Made by a program: the position numbers and the translations under genes. A stretch of 63,481 bases of DNA, counting the filler, from Octopus bimaculoides (lineage: Eukaryota): the NCBI RefSeq assembly GCF_001194135.2. It is 5 parts of 5 records of this genome, joined end to end, with 100 filler letters (N's around TTAATTAATTAA, not from the genome) between each part and the next. Parts side by side here need not be neighbours in the genome. Positions count along the whole stretch, not along the records: positions 1 to 26,231 come from NC_068991.1; 4 more parts are not named here. One strand, 5' to 3'. Below are positions 1-11,149 of this stretch, piece after piece. The notes under the pieces were generated by a model. That model was not told the DNA's origin and searched no databases. It saw only the letters and a list, made by a program, of their open reading frames with translations. Position 1 is the stretch's first letter, and each line of letters starts with the position of its first letter.

Positions 1-265
1 CAAAAGATAGTGCTCATGGGAACTGCCCATATCCTACGTAAAATACTGTCTATGTGATCTCAAATTTTAAAGCAAACACATAATATTCTTATGGTTTCTT
101 AAATATTCACTAGAACAAAACTGTACAAATCCAAATATATGGTACCCTAGGCATAACACCTACATGAACTTCTAACTTGTTGTCTCTTGAGGTCTCTGGG
201 TGAGACTTGGATCCAACTTGTACAAATGCAAAACAAAAGTCAAACATAAAATAATAATAATAATG
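1..265 (+). mobile_element. 3' end of R4/Dong-like RLE non-LTR retrotransposon with (AAT)n tail
   Basis: Frame 1 reads QKIVLMGTAHILRKILSM*, the typical C-terminus of R4-clade RLE elements. The 3' UTR is closely similar to 3810-4057 and ends in aataataataat. Confidence 0.85.
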
Positions 266-559
266 CGTAAGACACATGCGAAATCAACATCGGAAAGTTT
301 ACAAATTATAAAATATAAGTGGAACAAAACAATAAGTACGTAAATTGATTAATTACGCATACACTCGAATGTCTACACAACAACATATACATTTTAATAG
401 CCATAGGACTACACATACATCCCAATGTTTGCACAACTACGTGAAATTTACAGGAAACACATACATGCATATGAAAGCACGTATCACAAACGATGAAAAA
501 AAATAACAAAACAATTTTCTTTATTTTTAGAACTAGCACAGAGTAAACAATTCAGAAGT

Positions 560-3500
560 TTAAAAAGACCCCAAAAAACTATGCCCGGAGATAAATCTAT
601 CAACGGAACAAACAAAAACAGACGAATACAAATCTGTTAGCCTTAAGAAGCTGCGTTATGAGAAATGCTCTCATTCAGAGAACTTGGAGGCGGTGTTGTC
701 TCAAAAAATTGACCCTAAAGAGACAGATCCGTCTCCTAATGTCAACGTCCAAGCTCGTCATGCCTCGATAACAAAGCAAGATACAAACCGAATTAGTCGT
801 CACCCGGATCAACAAGGGTTGCACACCCCAGTGAGGAACCATACTAGGTGCGAAAAATCAGCTACTAGTTCAAATCTTCCCGAAACACAGGAGCTGGAAG
901 TACCCCACAACCAGAATATTCTAACCAATAGCCAAAAGAAAAAGAATGAAAATGGTCTAGGGGAGATAATAAAGAAGTTCTTAAGGCCTTCTATCATGCC
1001 ATGTATTTCCCCACAAAAAGATTTAATACTGAACAAACTTACCTAAACTGGAGACAAACACCTTGAAGTAAGATCTTACATAGACAGTAACTAACTTGCC
1101 AACATCAGAAGAAACATTATGAAAAAGAAATTACGAACTGAATTAGAGATTGACCAAATTAAACATTCAGCAAGAGATAATAGGAACGAAGTTGCAGCTA
1201 AAGAAGGTACTACAGAGGAAATAATTATAGACCAGCCCAGGTCAAATGAAAATGCAGTAATTGTAGAAAGAGTCAATGTAACTGATGAACAAAGTAACAT
1301 ACTCTCTGAACCAACCATAAACATCAACGCAGATAAAAATCAAATAGATGAAGAAAGTCACAAAAAAATTGACCCAACAGAACTAGATGATCTAAAAAAT
1401 CAAATCATGATCGAATGGCTGAAAAGTAAAGAAACCAGTATGAATGAACGTGACACTCTCCCAAAAATTCACAACTCTAACCAAAACCTGAAAGTAATTG
1501 GTAAAATCTGTCTTGCACTTAAGGATATAATTTCAGCTATTAATGCTGATATTACAGATCTCAACGGTTCTATGTGGTGACAAGATTAGAAAACGACAAC
1601 ATTCCCACAGAAAGCCTGCTTGGCAAGAGCGGATTCGACACCAAATTCAGCTACTTAGGTCTGACATAGAATGGTAAAAAAAACCTTAAGTTTGACAAGA
1701 CTATCAAACCAACAAAAATCCGAAAATTAAAGAAAACATATAATATGAAAACCGTACTTAACATCGATACCATCATAGAAACAGTCAAGCAAAAGGTATG
1801 TGCTAAAGTTGCCCGCATAGCTGCCCAAAAAGCGTGTTAGATACTTCAAGGACAACATGTTCAAAAATAACCCAAAAGTTTTTACAGGAAGATAGGGAAA
1901 ATACCAGAAGATAGGGAAAATACCAGAAGATAGGAAAAATACCAATATGTCCCATCAAAAGAAAAAGTGCAGGAATTTTGGAATAAAATTTGGCAGAAAA
2001 AAAAACAGACAATTAAAATGCCCCTTGGATTGCTAGAATATCTACAAACTTAAACTCCTTAGAAGAGCAAAGTGGGAGGGTATCAAGGTAGAGGATGTAA
2101 GATTTGCTCTCAGAAAGTCAAGCAAATGGAAGTCCCCAGGAAAGGATAAAATTCCTAACTTCGGGCTGAATGCTTTCCCAGAGAACTGCTAACAAAACTT
2201 TACAACAATGTTTTGCAACAACCTTGACTAGTTAATGGTGTTACATTCCTGCTTCCAAAAAATGAAGAAACAAAAGAACCAAAAAATTATGGACCCATAA
2301 CCCGCTTATCAACAACATAAAACGCTAACATCTGTCTTGACTGAATACACCTATAGTTTTTTAATAAAAAGTGGCATATTTCCTAATGAGCAAAAAGGAT
2401 GTAAACGTGGGTCCTATGATTGTAAAGATCAGCTACTCACCAATAAGATGATCTTGTAAGACTGTCACAAACGACACAAAAACTTGTCGATAGCCTGGGT
2501 AGACTATAAAAAACTTTTGATAGCCTACCACATAGCTGGATTAAGAAATATCTGGAAATGTATAAAATAGCACTTACTCTGCGAAACTTCTTGTCTCTAA
2601 GTACGAGATCATGGAGAACCTCACTGACTTTGAACGGTGACAATGAATCTATCTATACTGGAGATGTAAGAATATCATGTTGCATTTTCCAGTGTGACTC
2701 TCTATCACCACTCCTTTTGTCTAGCCTTAATACTTCTCTCGAAATTGCTCGATGATGTACAATATGGCTATGAAATATTTGATAAAAATATAGATCATCT
2801 CATTTACATGGATGATTTAAAGCTCTTTGCAAAAAGTGACCAACAACTACAGGACTTACTAGCAATTGTTAAACAATTCCGTGATGACATCAGGATGCAA
2901 CTTGGCCTTGATAAATGTGCAAAAGCTACCTTTATCAAAGGAAAAAATATAGAAATATCCAATGTTAATTTTGACCAACAGAATGGCATCAAGGAGTTAG
3001 AACCAGCGGAGAGCAATAAATACCTAGGTGTATTTGAAATTGATGGAATCGAACATTCAATGATGAGGGAAATGATCAGAAGAGAATGGTATCGCAGGGT
3101 AAGAGCAATACTTAAGACAGCGCTGAATGCAAGAAACAGGATCGAAGCGATCAATGCTTTAGTTATACCAGTTGTGACTTACAGTTTCAATATCATTAAC
3201 TGGTCAATTATTGAAATATGCAATCTTGACAAAAAATACGAAAATTGTTGACAATGCATAGAATGCACCACCCTAAGACAGATATAGAACGACTTTACCT
3301 GCCAAGAAAAGAAGGTGGCCGCGGACTCTTACAACTGGAAATAGCAATGAAGATTGCTACAGTTGGCCTAAACACCTACCTGAAAAACTCTGATGACTGG
3401 CTGTTAAAACTTGTCTCAAAGCATGAAAACAAGAAAGCATCATACTCAGTAACAAAACAGACAAAGGAACATCTAAGTGAATTCCAAATACAACAAATCC

Positions 3501-4057
3501 CAGAATTAGACGTACTAGAAACAAGCACAGAAAAAGCTAAGCGTATGAAAACAGGTGCTAAAATCGCTGCTTTAGATATTCTTACTGATAAATGGCAAGA
3601 AAAACCTCTCAATGGCAAATACCCAAAGAGAGCTAATAATGCCGATGTTGACAAAGCCCTTACCCATCAATAGTTAGTGCCTTCTGGCAAAATGTGGAAC
3701 CGCAAATCTAAATCAATACCTATTGCCATAGGTGCCTCTAGGAATGATAGCAAAAGGGGCTGATTCCTACCTGGATCAGATACCAGAAAACTCCAAAATG
3801 GCAGAAATTCAAAAGATAGCGCTCATTGGAACTGCCCATATACTACGTAAAATACTGTCTATGTAATCTCAAATTTTAAAACAAACTTATAATTTTCGTT
3901 TTTTCTTGAACATTCTCAAGAATGATACTATGTACAAAACCAAATATATGGCACCCAAGGCATAACACCAACTTGAACATCTAACTTGTTGTCTCTTGAA
4001 GTCTCTGAGTGAGACTTGGAGTCAACTTGTACAAATACAAAGCAAATGTCAGACATA
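560..4057 (+). mobile_element. Decayed near-full-length R4/Dong-clade RLE non-LTR retrotransposon (frameshifted, internally deleted)
   Basis: N-terminal KWSRGDNKEVLKAFYHA...LANIRRNIMKKK. RT motifs EQKGCKRGSYDCKDQLL, AWVDYKK, IFQCDSLSPLL and YMDDLKLF. Thumb/linker RLYLPRKEGGRGL and KPLNGKYP. C-terminus QKIALIGTAHILRKIL. Many stops and frameshifts; the 5' boundary is approximate. Confidence 0.92.
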
Positions 4058-4153
4058 GAAGAAGAAGAAGAAGAAGAAGAAGAAGAAGAAGAAGAAGAAG
4101 AAGAAGAAGAAGAAGAAGAAGAAGAAGAAGAAGAAGAAGAAGAAGAAGAAGAA
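4058..4153 (+). repeat. (GAA)32 microsatellite forming the tail of the R4-like element
   Basis: Pure GAA run starting immediately after the element 3' end (..cagacata). Confidence 0.97.
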
Positions 4154-4227
4154 GAGGCATCTAAGGCAACTTGTAGCCCGGAGGGGGAGGAGAAGGAGGA
4201 TATGAAGAACAACAACAACAACAACAA

Positions 4228-4420
4228 CCTATACGTGGGAAATATCCGAAAGAATACAGCAAAGCATAAATGATTAGAAACTACACTGAGAGTCTCCGGA
4301 CTAACACGAAACGAATCCAAAGTTTTCCAACAAGACACAACCAGCAGCATATACGCATTCTCTGCTGAATAGGTAATGGCTACAAAGATATAACAAATGG
4401 TTTTGTTCCTGGCTTCCTTG
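4228..4420 (+). mobile_element. Short degenerate fragment of another R4-like copy
   Basis: IRGKYPK then RVSGL resemble the LNGKYPK...WL..SGL linker region of the adjacent element. Confidence 0.4.
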
Positions 4421-5537
4421 TCTTGGTTATGTCGGATTATTTAAATAATCATAGAAGTGTCGGTTCCATACACAGGAAAATATGACAGGATTTGAGGATA
4501 GTCAGATAAAAGAGATTATACATAAACGCTCAACACACTACAAACTGTATCGGAGAATGATAAATTGACCATTTGTGTGCGTGGTTTTTATTCATCTTTC
4601 TACAACCCAAAAGGATGAAAGGCAAAATTGATTAAAGAAGATTAAGGCAAATCGTCCAGTTGTTATTGCCAAAGACCACCAATAAAAGAAGTATCTTCTA
4701 ATCGATATATCAATGCCAAATGACGACAATATATCTCTCTAAATGAAACGGAAAATACAAGGAAATGGAGATACCCATGATATCGGAGTTGAAAGCAGAG
4801 ACAGTCACCATAATCCATCATGAGATTGATAATAAAGATTCAAATAAATACATAATAAATATGTAATCAATACATAATAAATAAAAACATTCTTACACAG
4901 GATACAACATGCTGTATATAACACTATTAGGTTTGCATATATATTATTTAGAATACTCTTGGCATGGCAGAGAAACTCAAAACCAAAACCTGGCGAGTGC
5001 TTATGGTGGGGCTGTACTCAGTTACGCAGTTACAGTAGGTAATAACAATATTATTTTCTTGAATCGAGGATAAATTTTCTAAGTGGAGGGTGGTGAGCCG
5101 GCTGTAAAATGTTGTTTATGCAAGTCCAATATAACACTTCGAGTCGTGAAGTTTACAACTTTCAAATTTGCAATTAAATTAAATCAATATCTTAGACGCT
5201 ATGGTTTGGTCTTTGCAACTTACAGATTTGTTTTCTTTTCAGCCGGTAAACATGCTACAAATGATCAATTTTTTTTTACAAATAAGATTGCAATGGTTAA
5301 AGAAAGACTTAACGGTATTATTCCTTTATTGCCGCCAGCTCACCATTAAATCAATGAAAAATCTCCAGAGCAAATATGGGAGCGCAGACGTTCGCTTTCC
5401 ATGTTTGTGTGTACAAAATTTTGCATAGAATTATATTTTTGTGAATCAAATAACAAGATTACACAGTCGCTGGATGAAATTGCATAACCTCATAGATCAT
5501 CACGTCAATATTTTCTTTTCTGCAATGTATATATATA

Positions 5538-5931
5538 GGCGCAGAAGTAGCTGCGTGGTAAGTAGCTTGCTTACCAACCACATGGTTCCTGGTTCAGTCC
5601 CATTGTGTGGCACTTTGGGCAAGTGTCTCCTACTATAGCCTCGGACCGACCAATGCCTTGTGAGTGGATTTGGTAGACGAAAACTGAAAGAAGCCCGTCG
5701 TATATATGTATATGTATATAAGTGCGTGTGTTTGTGTGTCTGTGTTTATCCCCCCAACATCGCTTGACAACCGACGCTGGTGTGTTTACATCCCCGTAAC
5801 TTAGCGGTTGGGCAAAATAAATCGATAGAATAAACTTACAAAAATAAGTCCTGGGGTCGATTTGCTCGACTAAAGGTGATACTCCAGCATGGCCACAGTC
5901 AAATGACTAAGACAAGTAAAAGATTAAAAGA
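5538..5931 (+). mobile_element. SINE family A (tRNA-like head, CORE-like block, internal microsatellite, LINE-like 3' tail)
   Basis: B-box-like ggttcagtccc; MIR/CORE-like gtggcactttgggcaagtgtc; tail ccagcatggccacagtcaaatgact. Multiple homologous copies in the window. Confidence 0.9.
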
Positions 5932-6299
5932 GGAAATATACATACATATATNNNNNNNNNNNNNNNNNNNNNNNNNNNNNNNNNNNNTATATATATATGC
6001 ATGTATGTATGTATGTATGTATGTATGCATGCATGTATGTATGTACATAGTGGGGCGTTTGTGTGTGTGTTGATGTCGCATCTCATTTTGAAGTCACTTT
6101 CGCTCATACTAATTATATTTTTTTCTAATTTGGCAGAAGCGAAGTGATCTCGATTTCGTAGACGACTAAGCTAACCGTGTATGCCTGGGCTAGTGGGAAA
6201 GAATCTGGTTCCTGACGTGGCAGTTTGGAGTGTGCAGTTTGGAGTGAGCATTTTGGTTGCTTCACTTCAAATGTTTTTTTGTTTGTTTTTGTTTGTATA

Positions 6300-6670
6300 T
6301 TAGGTCCGCACCTATAAGAGCCTTCTTTTCTCTAAAAAAATATTCAATAACGTAAACCCTCTACTACATTATCACCCTGAATGAGAGTTACTTTAAAAAG
6401 AAGATATCATTGACATCCGCCAAAACAAAAAGCTTAAAAGTATACAAAAGTAAATTATATGGTTAGCTCCTACTTTCTCCTTCAATGGTAAGACTAATGT
6501 AGATAAAAACAAATTACTAGCCTTGATAGAGAAACATTTCCCGATATCCATAGATATAAGAACACTTCAATAGACGCTCCGTGAACATTTCCTACATTTT
6601 CAGACAGGATGCCCACTCCAAGCTGCAACTGCCGGAAGCCAGATACATGCGCACTAGACCAGGAACCACA
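6300..6670 (+). mobile_element. Neptune-type Penelope-like element remnant (RT-endonuclease linker)
   Basis: IIWLAPTFSFNGKTNV..LLALIEKHFP..FNRRSVNISY followed by CNCRKPDTCAL matches the WFNPPF / KHFP / FNR..K.SYS / CNCR...CPL linker of Neptune PLEs. Confidence 0.8.
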
Positions 6671-7340
6671 CACACATATATATATATGTTTGAGATTATG
6701 GGAGATAGAGTGACGCTGACTATGTACATTAACAATAAGGCAGAGGGTACTTACCTCAGAGGGACGTTCTGCTTAATAATACAGTATAATACAGTCTTGA
6801 TACAGTAATGTGAAAAACACCGATTAACGATTATTATGAGAAGAGAAAAACTCCCTCCATGACGTGTAAAATCTAAGAACAATAGGCAATACTAGCGTGT
6901 TGCTAAATATAAATCTGCATATAACTAACTTAGCACAGAACCAATAGATTTGGGTTAGCTTTTTTTTTATACGTAAATGAAAATGCAATAATAAATATTG
7001 TCTGAAGTTTCTTTTTATATATTTCTGAATAATATTTATAGAGAAATTTTTAAAATATGTCTAAAGACCAAACTTCATTACTGAATAGACTTTCAGGGGC
7101 CGAAACACTGTGATAGATTTACTTTATGTGCGACATTATAAAACTAGCATCATGCTAAAATTGCATAATTCTTTTGAAATCTAAATTTATTCTAAGTGGG
7201 AATATTTTTTGGAATGCTGCAAAGTTTGAAAATGTAAATCTTAAAAAGTAAATCTTAATATAAACCTAATTATTTTGTTTATCAAGTCCTGTTTTAAAGT
7301 CTGACACTGATGGATCCAAACAATATTTAATTTTATTAAC

Positions 7341-7407
<67 letters not shown>

Positions 7408-8143
7408 NNNNNNNNNNNNNNNNNNNNNNNNNNNNNNNNNNNNNNNNNNNNNNNNNNNNNNNNNNNNNNNNNNNNNNNNNNNNNNNNNNNNNNNNNNNNN
7501 NNNNNNNNNNNNNNNNNNNNNNNNNNNNNNNNNNNNNNNNNNNNNNNNNNNNNNNNNNNNNNNNNNNNNNNNNNNNNNNNNNNNNNNNNNNNNNNNNNNN
7601 NNNNNNNNNNNNNNNNNNNNNNNNNNNNNNNNNNNNNNNNNNNNNNNNNNNNNNNNNNNNNNNNNNNNNNNNNNNNNNNNNNNNNNNNNNNNNNNNNNNN
7701 NNNNNNNNNNNNNNNNNNNNNNNNNNNNNNNNNNNNNNNNNNNNNNNNNNNNNNNNNNNNNNNNNNNNNNNNNNNNNNNNNNNNNNNNNNNNNNNNNNNN
7801 NNNNNNNNNNNNNNNNNNNNNNNNNNNNNNNNNNNNNNNNNNNNNNNNNNNNNNNNNNNNNNNNNNNNNNNNNNNNNNNNNNNNNNNNNNNNNNNNNNNN
7901 NNNNNNNNNNNNNNNNNNNNNNNNNNNNNNNNNNNNNNNNNNNNNNNNNNNNNNNNNNNNNNNNNNNNNNNNNNNNNNNNNNNNNNNNNNNNNNNNNNNN
8001 NNNNNNNNNNNNNNNNNNNNNNNNNNNNNNNNNNNNNNNNNNNNNNNNNNNNNNNNNNNNNNNNNNNNNNNNNNNNNNNNNNNNNNNNNNNNNNNNNNNN
8101 NNNNNNNNNNNNNNNNNNNNNNNNNNNNNNNNNNNNNNNNNNN

Positions 8144-9190
8144 ATATATTATACGTCTTGGGACCACTGCTTTTCGTCGTAGATCTCTCAGATATGCCCT
8201 CAACTGCCCGGATAGCCACCTTTGCTAGCTACGCAGACGATACGAAAGTCTCGCAGAAAATACAGAACCCCAGCGATGTTGTACACTTGTAGCAGGAGTT
8301 GGACTCAATTTACAGATGGGATAAGGATAATAATATGCAGTTTAATGCTGAAAAATTCCAAGCCCTGCGCTACCAGCGTCCGAAACTGAATATAAAACTT
8401 ACAGAGTATACTGGTCTACAGGAGATTACAATCCCAGAGCCTAAATCAGTGAGGGACCTGGGTATCGATATGAGTGATGATACCTCTTTCCAAGTGCACA
8501 TTACCAGGATGGCGACAAAGTGCAGACGACTGGCAGGATGGATCCTGAGAACGTTCAGAACCAGAGAAAATGAAACCATGATGGTCCACTGGAGGACATT
8601 ACTCCTCAGCCGCCTAGATTACTGCACCCAGCTATGGTCACCCAACAGTGTAATATTAACAGCGGACCTTGAAGCAATCCAGCAAAGCTTCACAAAGAAG
8701 ATTGTCTCATTGCAACAACTACTAGGAAAGACTCTATTCTCTGGAGCGAAGGCGGGAGAGGTATGCAGTAATATATATCTGGAAGATCCTGGAAGGAATT
8801 GTGCCAAATTTTGGCATTGAAAGCTGCACCAATGCCAGAACGGTTCGACACAGCACAGTACCAAAGATCCGAGCAATGTCATCGCGCTTCAGGACCAGTT
8901 ACTGCAACAGCCTGGGTTTCAGGGGCCCACAGCTTTTTAATATTCTCCCAAAAACCCTGAGGGACCTACACAAAGTGGATGTATGTGTTTTCAAATCAAA
9001 ACTGGACCTCTTCTTGTATAGAGTCTCAGATGACCCTACCTCACGGCAAGGGGTGCAAATGAGGGTAGCGACATCAAACTCCATTTTTCACCAAGTGTCA
9101 CATATTAGACGAAGTTCTCAGTATTAACAGTGTAGCAAAACGGCGGTATCCCATCATGGCCGCAGCTCTGAGCTAAAACTACAAAAAGAA
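8144..9190 (+). mobile_element. 3' portion of CR1-group LINE (RT C-half plus 3' UTR)
   Basis: VLGPLLF, SYADDTK, VRDLGI, SRLDYCTQLWSP, GPQLFNILP. The 3' UTR ends in catggccgcagctctgagctaaaact plus an A-rich tail. The 5' part is lost in the gap. Confidence 0.92.
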
Positions 9191-9223
9191 AGAAAAAAGA
9201 ATATATATATATATATATATATA

Positions 9224-10393
9224 TTGAGTTGGCAAGGAAGTAATTTCGGTTTTTTAGTGTGAAATAGTTGTTTTTTTTTTTCATACAAATAATGGACTTT
9301 AATCAATTATATATTTTCCATTTTGCTCAACTTCGAAATAAAAGTTATCTAATGGTGCAAAGTCAGGATTAAAAGGTGAATGTGACATCACTTCCCAACC
9401 TTTCACGAGTTAGCAAAGACGAGTGTGGTCTAGCGTTGTCATGGTGGAACACGATTCCTTTACGATTTGCCAATTCTGGCCATTTTTCTTTGTTTGATTC
9501 CTCCAGTTTCATTAGTTGTTGACAGTAAACATCTGGATTGATCGCTTGGTTCCTCAGAAGCAGCTCAAAACACACAACGCATTTGTAATCCCACCAAATT
9601 GACAGCATGACCTTGTTTTGATGCAATTCAGCTTTCGACGTGGTTTGTGCTAATTCATTACACTTAGACCATGATCGTTTTCGATTGATGCTATTGTAAA
9701 CAATCCATTTTTGATCACTAGGGATAATTCGTTTAAAAAAAAAAAGCTTGATTTCATTTCGTCGTGTTAAGTGAATCTCTTTCAATTTATGTGGAGCCCA
9801 AATATCGAGCTTCTTCACGAGTTCAAGACATTTTCAGTGATTTTTAATTGTGATACATTTAACCTCTCTGCAATCTCTCGCACAGTTATATGACAATCAG
9901 ATTCAATTATGGCATTGATTAGATCATCATCAACTGCAGTAGGTCGACCAGAACGTTGGTCATCTTTGAGTGAAAAATCTCCAGAACGGAATTTTTAAAA
10001 CCATTTCTGACATGTGCGNNNNNNNNNNNNNNNNNNNNNNNNNNNNNNNNNNNNNNNNNNNNNNNNNNNNNNNNNNNNNNNNNNNNNNNNNNNNNNNNNN
10101 NNNNNNNNNNNNNNNNNNNNNNNNNNNNNNNNNNNNNNNNNNNNNNNNNNNNNNNNNNNNNNNNNNNNNNNNNNNNNNNNNNNNNNNNNNNNNNNNNNNN
10201 NNNNNNNNNNNNNNNTTAAAATTGACACTGAACTAACAGCTGTCAACAAAATTACACGCAATTTGTTTCTAAAGTAAGGTAAAAGTAACGGCTATCAAAT
10301 GTCAAAACGAAAACATCATAACATTTACAAAAGTCATTTTAAAAAATCCTAACTCTATTTACGAAAAACGAAATTAGTTTCTTGCCAACCCAA
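9224..10393 (-). mobile_element. mariner (DD34D) transposon, cecropia/mellifera-like, decayed
   Basis: TIRs ttgagttggcaaggaagtaatttcgg (9224) and aaattagtttcttgccaacccaa (to 10393), both flanked by TA. Transposase motifs WAPHKL, IIPSDQKW, VMLSIWWD and HHDNARPH. Contains an internal N gap. Confidence 0.92.
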
Positions 10394-10401
10394 TAGATAT
10401 A

Positions 10402-11149
10402 CAGGGTGCGATGGGTAAATTGTCACCATTTTATATTTTTAATTTTGTGCATGTGCATTGTTTGTTTTTGATTTTGTTGACTACACAGTATAGTAGGGTC
10501 AGTTGGGCACTGTATGTAAGAAAAACAGCACCATGAGGCAATTCACTCAGCCAGAAATTTGGAAACAACTTGCTGTACTACTCGACATTCGCACCGAAAG
10601 CTCCAATACGAACATTTCAGAGAATCTGGGTGTCAATATGAGGACAGTGTAATCTGAGGACATTTACCGAGAGTGATAAAGATCAAACATCTAGTCAACA
10701 TCATGGTGTTTGGGGTAATCACCAGGGATGGCGACATTATGACTCCATTCATCTTCCCACGCGGCCTTAGACTCAACACGGAAACCCACATCAAGTGCCT
10801 GGAGGAAGTAGTGCTTCCCTGGGTCAAGAGGGTGGCTGTAGGAAGACCCTATGTCCGGCAACAGGACTCTGCACCATGCTACACAAGCAGAAAACCCCAG
10901 TCGTGACAATTTCTGCGACCACATCACCCCTAACATCTGGCCACCTAACTCACCAGACTGCAACACCTTTGATTATTATGTACGGGCCGCAGTTGAGTGA
11001 GAGACCAACAAAACTCCGTGTAACACCACAGATGAACTGAAGGCAAGGATTATGGCAGCATTCACCAACTTAAACAAAGAGACCGTCCAGAAGAGTTGCA
11101 GGAGATTCCGAAGTCGTCTGGAGGCCGTGGTTGAAACCAATGGCGATTT
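10402..11149 (+). mobile_element. maT-like (DD37D) Tc1/mariner-superfamily transposon, internally deleted
   Basis: Starts TA|CAGGGTG. Motifs MVFGVIT, QQDSAPC, WPPNSPDCNTFDY and FRSRLEAVVETNG. Restoring the small deletion gives about 37 residues between the second and third Asp (inference). The 3' end lies in the gap. Confidence 0.8.

Noticed and set aside
5083-5428. Overlapping short plus-strand ORFs after a good acceptor (ttttcttttcag)
   Set aside because: No consensus donor and no recognisable protein; cannot be supported as an exon from sequence alone.
5538-5640. tRNA genes at SINE heads
   Set aside because: Only A/B-box-like motifs are present; no complete cloverleaf, and each is fused to a SINE body.
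6140-6180. DLDFVDD resembling the RTE RT motif LDFADD
   Set aside because: A single short motif followed by a stop, with no second supporting motif.
7075-7115. ctgaata-gac..gcc-gaaacac and 46595-46640 (minus) as hammerheads
   Set aside because: Multiple core and stem mismatches and no usable stem I. Possibly old PLE terminal relics, but not supportable.
7241-8292. Long ORFs of 270-380 aa at 7.2-8.3, 22.5-23.7 and 57.4-58.5 kb
   Set aside because: They are translations of N gaps and flanking dinucleotide repeats.
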